Assembly (NCBI GenBank): GCA_002269645.1
Contig: NIVC01002030.1
Coordinates: 338,164 to 402,163, forward strand
Source of the DNA: Macrostomum lignano
Taxonomy: Eukaryota
DNA length: 64,000 nt
Direction of reading: 5' to 3'
The position numbers and the translations under genes were made by a program. Under the pieces are notes generated by a model that worked only from the letters and a program-made list of their open reading frames with translations, was not told the origin of the DNA and ran no database searches. Each line of letters begins with the position of its first letter. The stretch's first letter is position 1. Shown piece after piece: positions 26,001 to 38,567 of this stretch.

Positions 26001-29000
26001 AGATCTGTCAATTATTCATGCCGGAGAATAGGCCAGAGCTCTGAGGCAAATGGCTAGTGGCTATGGAAAAGCTGGGTAAATAGAAAAAAAACTGTTAGAA
26101 GAGATCGGAGATGCAGATGGGAGCAAGATGGAATTGAATGGGTTGTGGCCATAGATGCCAGAATAACTAGGCATGTTGCCATGTATCACTCTAAACAAAT
26201 GCGCTCACCTACTCTTATTTCAGTAGCAAAATAGATACTTAAAGTTTTGCAGCTTAAGAAAATCCCCTCCGACTTTCTACAAGCAGACTTATTAGATCAG
26301 CATCCTCTGACCCTGCAGACCCCAGTCTGCCTCAGACTCAAGATTAATTTAAAAATTCATTTGGGACTAAAGATTTCAGGAAAATTTCAAAAGCCAAATC
26401 CAGTGCGCCCAAGCCTCCAGCCAGGCCGATATACAGTTTGCTTCCTCTTGCCCGCTTGTGTCTGACTTGTCCTCTCTCCTTACTGCTCTCTCATTGGCTA
26501 AGCCAGATTGAGCCTGCCCCCTAGGCAGAGTTTCATCCGTCTGACTAATTTGACCTCTCTCCTTACTGCTCTCTCATTGGCTGATACTAAGTAAGTAATA
26601 CTCCGCCGACAAAACTACTGAAAAAAGAGTAGATACTCCTTTTTCACAAACCTTAATTGCGAGTGGCGTATCCAGTTATTCTAGTATCTGTGTAATACAC
26701 AGATACACAGTTATTCTATCAATAGTGTCTGTGGAATACACACATACACACATACATCTGTGGTTGAGGAAGAAAACGATCTTTGCTATCCCCTTATTTG
26801 AAAAATTCCATGGCGTTTCCACCAAAACCCACCAAAATAATCTAAGCCTTTTCACAGGCCTGTTGTCTGTTTTTGGTAAAATTCTACTCCCATTGAACTT
26901 GACCAAATCTCACAATTCTCCAATTCCAACCAATCAGCAACTCATGATGCTGAGTCAGCTGCTCATCACTGCCGAGGCTACCGTCTCTTGTCGACACATG
27001 CCAGAAGACGTGCTTGCTGGCTGCGTGATGGCTAATCTTGTATGGCTAAATTTATTTATAGTTTAAAGAAATTCTTTAGTAAAGTACGATTATTTTAATT
27101 AATCAAAAATTAATTTCAGTTGATTTCCATATTTGGAACTTTAACTGGTCAAGGAATTGTGACAGCCTGCGACACTCTATTCTCGAGAGTATGTTTGAGT
27201 TTTTTCTTTACTGCTTCTTTGGATTACTTGAAACTTGGCTAGTGTATTTACGAGCGTAGACTTTTACGCTGCGTAGTATTAATTAGCTATTAGTTCTGTT
27301 TGGGTGGGTGTCTCTCTGGGTAGAGGGGTATTGTCAATCTTATGAAAAATACTTTTCGTTGGCTAGAGGCTGTTTGGGTGGATGTGTATTTTAGGGCAGA
27401 GAGTTGTACATTCAGTTTTATGAGGAAGACTTTTTATTGGCTGGAGGCGGCTTGGGGTGGTTGTCGCTTTTAGGGCAGAGGGTCGTATAGTCAGTCGTTT
27501 GGGGGAAGACTTTTTATTGGCTGGAGGCTGTTTGGGGTGGGTGTCCGTCTGGGCAGAGGGTCAGCTAGCAAATGTACATCGTATAAAATCACAAATCTTA
27601 CAGGCCATTGGAAACTCCGAGAGACGCAAGTTAACCATCTGTTTTCACCAGGCCCTGCAAATTCTCATATTTGTGGCCGTGCTAGTCTGGTCTTTGATCG
27701 TCATACTGGACAGGATTCTTCTGGCCTGCGGTCACAATCCAGCTGTGCTGATGCAAGTAGTCACTGATGTTTTGGAATAGCTGAAATAGTTGGCTGTTTT
27801 TCCATTGACTGGTTAATTAATTTATTGATCAACTAACTAATCGATCGGTTTATTGATTGATACATTAATTGATTAATTGTTTGAGTGATTGATCAATTGA
27901 TTGACAGTTTAATAAACTGATTGATCAATAGGTTCATCGTTATTAATGATGGATAGAATGAATTTTTGATTGATTAATTGATTTATTGACTAATTTTGAA
28001 TTGATTGATTGGATTATTAACTGATTCATTGACAGACCATGATGTGTTATTTTATTGCAACCGATTGAAACCAACATTTCAGAATTGCAGGCCAATACCT
28101 GTTAATTTATTCGCCGGCAATACTGGTAAGGGTTTTGCTCCCATATGTTAATTCAATTCTCATCACTAGCGACAATAATTGAAGGACAACCGAAAACCCC
28201 GTCAGGTGGAATACTGCTTCATTCTCCAGTCGCGCTACCTGCAATGCCAGGACCATGTCCGGATACCGGCTGTGTCAGCGGTGGCCGGCAACCTCATGCA
28301 CATCCTGTTGCAGGCCGCCTTCTCAAAGCTGCTGCCGCCCGATCACAGGTCTTGCTGTTCTATATTAATTTTGCAGTCATTTCCTCTTGGTCTACTTGAA
28401 GTAGAAGTGTAACATAGGACGAATTTTTTCTCAATCATACAATTAATATTCGATTCTTATTGCTTCATAATTCAATAAATCATTGATTCCGATTAAATCA
28501 TACTAATAATGATCGATCACTATTGCATCATCATTCCAATATTGATCGATTTCTACTGCATCATCGCGTTAGTTATGATCGATTGGTATTACATGATAAT
28601 TAAAAGTTGACCCATTCCTATTGTCGAAGGACTGAGGGGGTCGCCACACACCCTCAATTATCCAGCTAATGCTGGCACCCATTTTACAGCTGGGTGAACT
28701 GAAGCAATGCAGAGTTAAGCGTCTTGCTCAAGGACAAAAATTGTTCCGAGTAAGTCGAGAATCGAACCCCCGACCTTCAAGTTTCGAGTCCGACGCTATA
28801 GCCACTAGGCTACAACCCCTTGATCGGTTAATATTACGTCATCATTTAAATTATGATTTATTCCCGCTGCAACAGCATCTCAAGAATGATCTGTTGTAGT
28901 TGCAATGTTTTTTATAAATTTCGTTTACTCCTGCATCATCTTCAACATCTCTAACTTTCAGACTGGTCGCAGTGGCTCAAGCTCTGGCCATTGTTACAAT

Positions 29001-32000
29001 GTTTGTCACAGAGTCAGCCTACGTGCAATACAAAGGTCTCCTGTACACCAGCGCAGACGACGTTCGGTGCGCTTTCGCTAGCAACTGGTGGCCATTTCTT
29101 AAGCTGGCAATTCCGGGTTTTCTAGTCATCGTTTTGGAGAATCTCTGCTTTCGGATTGCTTCGATTTTGACTGCCTACGACGGTTCGAGTGTGCTGGGAG
29201 AGCAGGGAGTGGTTAATCAGGTTGAGACTCTGGTTTACTGTGTAAGTTCTGTTTAGTTGTTGTGTAAGAATCTCTGGTAGATTGCTAAGTATTTAGTGTG
29301 TCATTGTGTCTGTAGTTCCTGTCCTATTGTGTCTTTGTGTCTGTAGTTCCTGTCCTATTGTGTCTTTATGTCTGTAGTTCCTGTCAGCATATCCGAGGAC
29401 TGCCAGCCGCTTCTCCGGGTGCCGGCTGCTCGTTCGCCTGCATAGGATGTAGCCGTCCGGATATGCTGATGACCTCGCCCTGCTGGCATCCACTGCTGCT
29501 GGTGCTCAACGCCTCCTCGACGGCCTAGCTGCTGCCGCTGCGAAGGTTGGCCTTAAGATCAACGCCAAGAAGACGGAGGTCCTGACTGTGCCAGCCGATC
29601 TGCCAGCGGTCATCCGCCTTCCCAGCATGGACAGCGCAACGGCAGCACCGCTCCCCCGATGTGAGCAGTTCCGGTACCTTGGTGGTCTCGTGCCCAGCGT
29701 CCAGGAGGACCTGCGGCGTCGCAGAGGGCTTGCGTGGGCGGCTTTCCGCTCAGTGCGCATCGTGCTCCAAAGCGACGCCCTGCCAGACCAGCTGAGAACC
29801 AGACTGTTCCAGGCGGTGGTGGAAACGGTGCTCTTCTACAACGCCGAGACCTGGACCATGACGGATGTGCTGGAGCGCCAGCTGGACGCGGCGCACTCCA
29901 GCCTGCTGCGCGCTGCCTTCAGCGTGCACCGTCACGCCGAACACGTCACCAACCAGGCTCTCTACCAGCGGGCCAAGCTGAGCCCTCCCAGCGTGACCCT
30001 GCGACAGCGCCGCCTGAAGCTGGCGGGCCACGTCATTCGCGCCGAGTCCTACTGCCCGGAGCCGCTGCAGGAGGTCTTGCTGTACACGCAGCAGGGCCCG
30101 TTCCGGCGGGGGCAGGCGCGGACCCGGAGGTTCGTCGACTGTCTGACAGAAGACGCCAGGGCGCCTGATCAGATCAATGGCGCTACCTTCATCAGAGACT
30201 GCGCAGCTAAGCGTGCTTTTTGACAATGTCCCCCCTTTCCTGACCACTTGTGGCCGGTGGCCATTGTATTTATTGTATTGTATTGTATTGTAGTTCCTGT
30301 CCTAGTGTGTTATTATGTCTGTAGTTCCTGTCCTATTGTGTCATTATGTCTGTAGTTCCTGTCCTATTGTGTCTTTGTGTCTGTAGTGCCTGTCCTATTG
30401 TGTCATTATGTCTGTAGTTCCTGTCCTAGTGTGTCTTTATATCTGTAGTGCCTGTCCTAGTGTGTCTTTATGTCTGTAGTTCCTGTCCTAGTGTGTCATT
30501 ATGTCTGTAGTTCCTGTCCTAGTGTGTCTTTATGTCTGTAGTTCCTGTCCTATTGTGTCTTATGTCTGTAGTTCCTGTCCTATGTGTCTTTGTGTCTGTA
30601 GTTCCTGTCCTATGTGTCTTGTGTCTGTAGTTCCTGTCCTAGTGTGTCATTATGTCTGTATGCCTGTCCTAGTGTGTCTTATGTCTGTAGTTCCTGTCCT
30701 AGTGTGTCTTATGTCTGTAGTTCCTGTCCTAGTGTGTCTTATGTCTGTATTGTGTCCTAGTGTGTCTTTGTCTGTAGTTCCTGTCCTAGTGTGTCATTAT
30801 GTCTGTAGTTCCTGTCCTAATGTCTTGTGTCTGTATTGCCTGTCCTAGTGTGTCTTATGTCTGTATTGCCTGTCCTAGTGTGTCTTATGTCTGTATTGCC
30901 TGTCCTAGTGTGTCTTATGTCTGTATTGCCTGTCCTAGTGTGTCTTATGTCTGTATTGCCTGTCCTAGTGTGTCTTATGTCTGTGTGTCCTAGTGTGTCT
31001 TTGCTGTAGTTCCTGTCCTAGTGTGTCATTATGTCTGTAGTTCCTGTCCTAATGTGTCGTCTGTATTGCCTGTCCTAGTGTGTCTTATGTCTGTATTGCC
31101 TGTCCTAGTGTGTCATTATGTCTGTACTTTCTGTCCTAGTGCGTCTTTGTGTCTGTAGTTCCTGTCCTAGTGTGTCTTATGTCTGTATTGTGTGTGTCCT
31201 CTGTAGTTCCTGTCCTAGTGTCCTGTCCTAGTGTATCAGCGTCTACAGCCTGTCCTAGTTTATTTGTGTCTGCAGTGCCTGTCTTTGCGTAGTGTAGTCT
31301 TTGTCGTGTATCCGTCTCCAGTTTTTGTGTTTCTGTGGTCGTTTTTGTGTGCCTTTCTGTTCAGTGTGTCATGGCGTCTTTTATTCTCCATGATGTCTCT
31401 CAGTTTCTGTATTACTCCACCAAAGTATATCTTTGTTCGTGCTGTCTTCATGCGTTTAAATATGTATTGATTTTCGTACACTCCAAGAGTCTAGTTGAAA
31501 CTTGATCAGATTTCAAGACCCATGGGTAACTGCGGTCAGGGAAAAAACAAGATTGTAAATTTACCAAACTAGGAGACAACACCATCTGGTTGTGAGGTGC
31601 TGCAGATGTCAACTTGAAGACTAATTACTGCCAGTTATAAACTTTCCTTCGCAGATTCCGGCCAGTCTCGGCATTGCAGTGAGCATTCGAGTGGCTCGAT
31701 CGCTGGGCGCCGGTGACCACAGCTTGGCTAAACGGTCATACAGGCTTGGTATGCTCATAGGAAGTGAGTATTGTGCATATTGATCACTTATGAGTGGATT
31801 TTGTACCTGGATGGCTGGTAGATTTATAGGAGGTATTTTTTATTTTTGGGTCAACGTCGATCATAGACTGCAGTATCTGGTCATAGACTGCAGTATCTGG
31901 TCATAGACTGCAGTATCTGGTCATATACTGCAGTATCTGGTCATAGACATGCAATATCTGATCATAGAAATGCAGTATCTGTGGTCATAGACTGCAGTAT

Positions 32001-35000
32001 CTGGTCATAGACATACAGTATCTGGTCATAGACATACAGTATCTGGTCATAGACATACAGTATCTGGTCATAGACATGCAATATCTGATCATAGACATGC
32101 AGTATCTGTGGTCATAGACATGCAATATCTGATCATAGAAATGCAGTATCTGTGGTCATAGACTGCAGTATCTGGTCATAGACATACAGTATCTGGTCAT
32201 AGACATACAGTATCTGGTCATAGACATACAGTATCTGGTCATAGACATGCAATATCTGATCATAGACATGCAGTATCTGTGGTCATAGACATGCAATATC
32301 TGATCATAGAAATGCAGTATCTGTGGTCATAGACATGCAGTATATCTGGTCATAGACATGCAGTATCTGATCATAGACATGCAGTATATCTGGTCATAGA
32401 CATGCAGTATCTGGTCATAGACATGCAGTATCTGGTCATAGACATGCAGTATCTGGTCATAGACATACAGTATCTGGTCATAGACATACAGTATCTGGTC
32501 ATAGACATACAGTATCTGGTCATAGACATCTGGTCGTAGACATGCAGTATCTGGTCAAAGACATGCAGTATCTGGTCATAGACATCTGGTCATAGACATG
32601 CTGTATCTGTTCATAGACATAAGCTCATTTTCACTTGAAATTAATTGTCAAACCAATTTTCAGCCACATTTTCTCTAATTATAATGCTCATACTGGGACT
32701 TTTTGGTCGCAAAGTTCCCTACATTTTTACTTCAAATCCGTAAGTTAATAAAAAGTTCTCATAGTTTTTATTTGGAAATCCATTATGATGATAATTTTGA
32801 GAATTTATTAAAAAAAATCACGCTCTATGTTTCAGGGACATTGCTCGGGTTGCTGGGGAATGCTTGTACATTTTGCTTCCAATGCAACTGGTCGATGCTG
32901 CCTCTGTAAGTACACCGGAAACAGAAATCTGATTAATCGAACTTCTTCCATGGGAAACCGGAAGCAGAACTGAGGTTAATCTGAATTATCCCATAGGAAA
33001 CCGGAAGTAGAACCGAAGATAATTAAATTCTCCCATATGAAGCCGGAAGTAGAATTGAGGTTATTCTGACTAATTAAGAACCTTGATCTAACCAGGACGA
33101 TTTCCACATCAGCGCAATAAATCCCGCATATTACTCTGCACCCAACCGCAGGCAGTCCTATGCGGCGTGCTCCGTGGCTGCGCCAGGCACAAAATCGCCG
33201 CCGCTCTCATCTTTGTCGGCTTTTATCTCATCGCTTTGCCCAGCGGAATAGTTTTGGAGTTTGCGGCCGGTCTGCAGATAAAGGGCATCTGGATTGGCAT
33301 GATATTAGGGCTCAGCTTCCTCAGTTTGGTCTATTTCATTCTGGTGCACCGAACCGACTGGGAAGAACAGGCCAGATTGGCGGTGAGATAAGCTTTCTTG
33401 CGTTTTAATAGTTCATCCAGGGTGTGAATTGATTCGATTGGCTGTTGTTTGGGGTGGTTGTCTGACTTAGTCACGTGATTTGATTTGATTGGCTGTGGTT
33501 TGGGTGGTTGTCTGACTTAGTCACGTGATTTGATTTGATTGGCTGTGGTTTGGGGTGGTTTTCTGATGTAGTCACGTGATTTGATTTGATTGTCTGTGGA
33601 TTGGGTGGATGTCTGAGTTAGTCACGTGATTTGATTTGATTGGCTGTGGTTTGGAGTGGATGTCTAAAGTGGTCACGTGATTTGATTTAATTGTCTGTGG
33701 CTTGATAGGCATATGTACAGGTATCCAGGCTGGGGTGAGGCAGTCACGTGATTAGTCTGGTCGGCCGTAGCTTGAGGTGTATTTCTATGCTAAAGTTGTG
33801 AGACTACAGGTTATAAAAGTGCAATCGCTAGTATAGATTTGTAAATATGTTTCATTTTAAATAAGCTGGCTTCTTCGTTTGACTTTGCAACTCAAGGCTG
33901 AAACCGAGTGCGAAACCAGTCTGCTGCAGCCGCGCAACAACTTTACTGGCAATTCAGGTTGGCGTTTTTGAACAGTTATGATATTGTTATTTAAAGAAAG
34001 CTATCTCAATTGGTTTAGGAGCTTTTACAGAAAATAAGTGATTCTAGTTTTCGCCTTTAGAAAAATAATTAAAACTAGTATATGTGTCTCTTACTCTTAC
34101 TCCCACCAACCGGAAGTGAAATTTAGCAGACCCAAATCATTCCCTACAAACCGGAAATAGAATCAAGAAGACGTACATCATTTCCTACGAACCGGAAGTA
34201 GAATTAGACAGACCCTAAGCATTTCCTACGAACCGGAAGTAGAATTAGACAGACCCTAAGCATTTCCTACGAACCGGAAGTAGAATTTGACAGACCCTAA
34301 GCATTTCCTACGAACCGGAAGTAGAATTGGACAGACCCTAAGCATTTCCTACGAACCGGAAGTAGAATTAGACAGACCCTAAGCATTTCCTACGAACCGG
34401 AAGTAGAATTTGACAGACCCTAAGCATTTCCTACGAACCGGAAGTAGAATTGGACAGACCCTAAGCATTTCCTACGAACCGGAAGTAGAATTAGACAGAC
34501 CCTAAGCATTTCCTACGAACCGGAAGTAGAATTAGACAGACCCTAAGCATTTCCTACGAACCGGAAGTAGAATTTTAATGAGTGTAGCTTTTTCTTAAAA
34601 AGGCAAAAGCGGAACTAGCATTGACGGGACCCGAAGTTTTACCCCGAATACCAAAAACTAAAAATGTAAATGCCAATCGGCCAACCTGAACCTGGATCCC
34701 CCACTGCTCTCCCCTTCTCAAAAAAACAACAACAACTGCTCAGACGAAGGAGCCGTCGAGATGAACTCCATGTCGGTGACAGAGCCAACCGGCGGCAGGT
34801 GCCACCGCCAGTCCACCGTCTCCACAGCCTCCACAGCCGACTGGCCGTTCCAGATGAAGCAGCAGCGCCGGCGACAGCGGATTCGTCGAAAAATTTTGGC
34901 CGCCTTGGCCACTCTCGGCCTTCTGGCCGGCTCTATTCTTGTCCGAACGATGACGGACATTCCACAAGTGGATCCTCGGCTGGAGCAACAGCGAATGAAC

Positions 35001-35087
35001 ATTCTAGGAAACGGAACGATGACAGTCGGAGTAGCCGGAAGCTCGCCGTCTGGACTGCTGGATCGCGCGCTGGCCGGCGACGGTTGA
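23042..35087 (+). CDS. SLC47A: MATE (SLC47-like) multidrug and toxin extrusion transporter, ~607 aa
   Basis: 13 phase-consistent exons: 23042-23188, 26938-27039, 27120-27188, 27604-27752 (GC donor), 28083-28125, 28206-28348, 28962-29241, 31655-31763, 32664-32739, 32836-32905, 33152-33382, 33897-33957, 34744-35087 (1824 nt). Motifs: ILRLAFPV, GIVTACDTLFS, FLKLAIPG, SIRVARSLGAGD, GVLRGCARHKIAA...FYLIALPSGI, GIWIG, TDWEEQ, and a C-terminal extra TM RRKILAALATLGLLAGSILVR. Confidence 0.92.
23245..24262. repeat. 35-bp minisatellite in MATE intron 1, interrupted by a SINE
   Basis: (GAGATTCTAAAATCTCATSCTTTATCTSAGATAGT)n on both sides of 23376-23736. Confidence 0.9.
23376..23736 (-). mobile_element. 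tRNA-derived SINE family A, full length with 15-bp TSD
   Basis: Minus-strand head GGGGGGCCGTAGCCCAGCGG (A box), GGCTCGATTCC (B box), AATAAAAAAA tail. TSD TCCTTTATCTGAGAT at 23361-23375 and 23737-23751. Confidence 0.9.
24575..25700. repeat. Compound 11/18/29-bp minisatellite in MATE intron 1
   Basis: (GCCAGTGAGATTAGAGTGCCAGTGAGAGC)n and variants. Confidence 0.9.
28607..28819 (-). mobile_element. tRNA-derived SINE family B with CORE-like segment
   Basis: Minus strand GGGTTGTAGCCTAGTGG (A box), GGTTCGATTC (B box), then CCTTGAGCAAGACGCTTAACTCTGCATTGCTTCAGTTCACCCAGCTGTAAAATGGG, which resembles the MIR CORE domain. Confidence 0.8.
29293..31260. repeat. ~31-bp minisatellite in MATE intron 7, interrupted by a LINE
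   Basis: (TGTCTGTAGTTCCTGTCCTAGTGTGTCATTA)n at 29293-29385 and 30289-31260. Confidence 0.9.
29386..30288 (+). mobile_element. 5'-truncated RTE-like non-LTR retrotransposon (RT C-terminus)
   Basis: Open frame 29459-30223: GYADDLALL...GLKINAKKTEV...FRYLGG...YNAETWT...RRLKLAGHVIR. (TATTG)n tail at ~30264-30290. Flanked by TGTAGTTCCTGTC at 29373-29385 and 30289-30301. Confidence 0.9.
31858..32620. repeat. 20-23-bp minisatellite in MATE intron 8
   Basis: (GTCATAGACATGCAGTATCTG)n and variants. Confidence 0.9.
33430..33760. repeat. ~50-bp repeat carrying GTCACGTGAT and GATTGGCT in MATE intron 11
   Basis: Six CACGTG copies near 33472, 33522, 33573, 33623, 33674 and 33745. Confidence 0.8.
34100..34575. 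repeat. 41-bp minisatellite carrying ACCGGAAGT in MATE intron 12
   Basis: Ten ACCGGAAGT at an exact 41-bp period from 34191 to 34568, plus degenerate upstream copies. Confidence 0.9.
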
Positions 35088-35164
35088 GGATTGCGGCAAA
35101 ATGTTTGGACTGTGAACGGCAAGACAGAAAATATGAGAAACCTCTGACGATGACAAAGTATTTC

Positions 35165-36058
35165 CTGACACCCTACCAAATTTCATGACACCCTACCATC
35201 TTTCCTGACACCCTACCAAATTTCATGACACCCTACCAACTTTCCTGACACCCTACCAACTTTCCTGACACCCTACCAAATTTCATGACACCCTACCATC
35301 TTTCCTGACACCCTACCATCTTTCCTGACACCCTACCAACTTTCCTGACACCCTTCCAATTTTCATGACACCCTATCAATTTTCATGACACCCTACTGAA
35401 GTTTCTGACACCCCACCAAACTTCCTGACACCCTAACATCTTTCCCGAGACCCTACCAAAGTTCCTGACACCCTACCAAATTTCATGACACCCTACCATC
35501 TTTCCTGACACCCTACCATCTTTCCTGACACCCTACCATCTTTCCTGACACCCTACCATCTTTCCTGACACCCTACCAATTTTCATGACACCCTACCAAC
35601 CAACTTTCCTGACACCAACTTTCTGACACCCTACCAAACTTTCTGACACCCCACCAAACTTTCTGACACCCTACCAAACTTTCTGACACCCTACCAAACT
35701 TTCTGACACCTTACCAAACTTTCTGACACCCTACCAAACTTTCTGACACCCTACCAAACTTTCTGACACCCTACCAAACTTTCTGACACCCTACCAAACT
35801 TTCTGACACCCTACCAAACTTTCTGACACCCTACCAAACTTTCTGACACCCTACCAAACTTTCTGACACCCTACCAAACTTTCTGACACCCTACCAAACT
35901 TTCTGACACCCTACCAAACTTTCTGACACCTTACCAAATTTCCTGACACCCTATCAATTTTCCTGACACCCTACTAACTTTTCTGACACCCTACTATCTC
36001 TTCTGACACCCTACCGAATTTCCTGACACCCTAACAACTTTTCTGACACCCTATCAGC
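35165..36058. repeat. 20-bp minisatellite downstream of the MATE stop
   Basis: (GACACCCTACCAAACTTTCT)n. Confidence 0.9.
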
Positions 36059-36499
36059 TCTCCTGAAACTCTGGAATTGGAAAACCTAATCAAATCTCTA
36101 ATCCGCTCCTCTTAGTAGCATGCCCTACAACTTCCCTAGTGATCAGAGAACTCATGCAGTTCCTCATGATAGAAAATGTTGTTTATTTTTTTACGTGCAT
36201 ATCAATTAAAAAACCACAAAGCGCCCGTGTAGCTACTGTAACAAGTATTACACAAATTTTAAACAAACCGCACAATTCTAAGAATGAGTACCTCAATATA
36301 TGATTTTCTCCCAGGCAACAACTGTTTAGTAGTGTTGTGTACAGAAAAAGCTACTATCAATCGGTTCCTGTCTGCACTAATGCGATAAAAGTTAAACAAA
36401 ACTTCTAAAAGTAGTCATTAGTTAGTAGTTAGTTTTTATTTAAGTTTATGTAAAAGATTAATTTGATTTATAATTCTACCTGCGGTTCGTCCAAAGCGT

Positions 36500-37195
36500 C
36501 GCGTAAGACTCGCCTCTAAAACTCTACGAATCCTAAGAATTAGTCCTCAGCCTCTCTAAAAATCGCCCTAAGTCTCCCTAAGAATCGCCCCTAAACCTCG
36601 CCTAAGAATCGCCCCTCAGCCTCTCTAAGAATCACTCCTAAGCCTCTCTAAAAATCGCCCCTAAGTCTCCCTAAAAATCGCCCCTCAGTCTGACCCAAGA
36701 ATCGCCCCTAAGTCTGACCCAAGAATCGCCTCTCAGCCTCTCTAAGAATCGCCCCTGAGCCTCTCTAAGAATCGCCCCTCAGTCTGGCCTAAGAATCGCC
36801 CCTCAGTCTGGCCTAAGAATCGCCCCTAAGTCTCCCTAAGAATCGCCCCTCAGTCTGGCCTAAGAATCGCCCCTAAGTCTCTTTAAGAATCGCCCCTAAG
36901 TCACCCTAAGAATCGCCCCTCAGCCTCTCTAAGAATCGCCCTGAGCCTCTCTAAGAATCGCCCCTCAGTCTGGCCTAAGAATCGCCCCTAAGTCTCCCTA
37001 AGAATCGCCCCTAAGTCTCCCCTAAAAATCGCCCCTCAGTCTGGCCCAAGAATCGCCCCTAAGTCTCCCTAAGAATCGCCCCTCAGCCTCTCTAAGAATC
37101 ACCCCTCAGCCTCTCTAAGAATCACCCCTCAGCCTCTCTAAGAATCACCCCTCAGTCCGCCATCTAAGCCCTCTAAGAATCGCCTCCAAAGCCTC
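36500..37195. repeat. ~23-bp minisatellite
   Basis: (CTAAGAATCGCCCCTCAGCCTCT)n and variants. Confidence 0.9.
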
Positions 37196-37547
37196 TTCAA
37201 AAAGTGTTTTCCAACATTAAGCGGACCATGTTGCACCTTTAGATATGCATACTTCGTAGTTTTTAAACATTTCATGGTGGTCTCATTGCACGCACGAAAA
37301 CTTTATAGTTTTTACCGTATATAATATAAAAAACAGAAACGTTAAAATTATAGCAAAAACTGACAAATAAACTTTCTACGCATTCGTATCGATTTGTTTT
37401 AATTAATACGACCGTATTGTTCACAATGTTGTTTAGCAAAAAATTTTTCCTGTTTTCTCATTTATTTTTCTAAGCACTGGTAAAAGCGCTTAGAATACTA
37501 CTTACATCGTCGTCACTCATTAACGGTGAATTTTTAAACAGAAGCTC

Positions 37548-38567
37548 CTATTCACAAACTACAGCATCAAAAACAGGCTGTAGATAGCTTCCATTCACAA
37601 TATACAGCATCAAAAACAGGCTGTAGATAGCTCCCATTCACAATATACAGCATCAAAAACAGGCTGTAGATAGCTCCCATTCACAATATACAGCATCAAA
37701 AACAGGCTGTAGATAGCTCCCATTCACAATATACAGCATCAAAAACAGGCTGTAGATAGCTCCCATTCACAATATACAGCATCAAAAACAGACTGTAGAT
37801 AGCTCCCATTCACAATATACAGCATCATAAACAAACTGTAGATAGCTTCCATTCACAATATACAGCATCAAAAACAGGCTGTAGATAGCTTCCATTCACA
37901 AACTAAAGCATCAAAAACAGGCTGTAGATAGCTTCCATTCACAATATACAGCATCAAAAACAGGCTGTAGATAGCTTCCATTCACAATATACAGCATCAA
38001 AAACAGGCTGTAGATAGCTTCCATTCACAATATACGCATCAAAACAGGCTGTAGATAGCTCCATTCACAATATACAGCATCAAAAACAGGCTGTAGATAG
38101 CTCCCATTCACAATATACGCATCAAAACAGACTGTAGATAGCTCCATTCACAAATAAAGCATCAAAACAGGCTGTAGATAGCTCCCATTCACAATATACG
38201 CATCAAAACAGGCTGTAGATAGCTCCCATTCACAATATACGGCATCATAAACAGGCTGTAGATAGCTCCCATTCACAATATACGCATCATAAACAGGCTG
38301 TAGATAGCTCCCATTCACAATATACAGCATCATAAACAGGCTGTAGATAGCTTCCATTCACAAACTACAGCATCAAAAACAGGCTGTAGATAGCTTCCAT
38401 TCACAATATACAGCATCAAAAACAGGCTGTAGATAGCTTCCATTCACAAACTAAAGCATCAAAAACAGGCTGTAGATAGCTTCCATTCACAATATACAGC
38501 ATCAAAAACAGACTGTAGATAGCTCCCATTCACAATATACGGCATCATAAACAGGCTGTAGATAGCT
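37548..38567. repeat. ~43-bp minisatellite
   Basis: (CACAATATACAGCATCAAAAACAGGCTGTAGATAGCTCCCATT)n. Confidence 0.9.
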
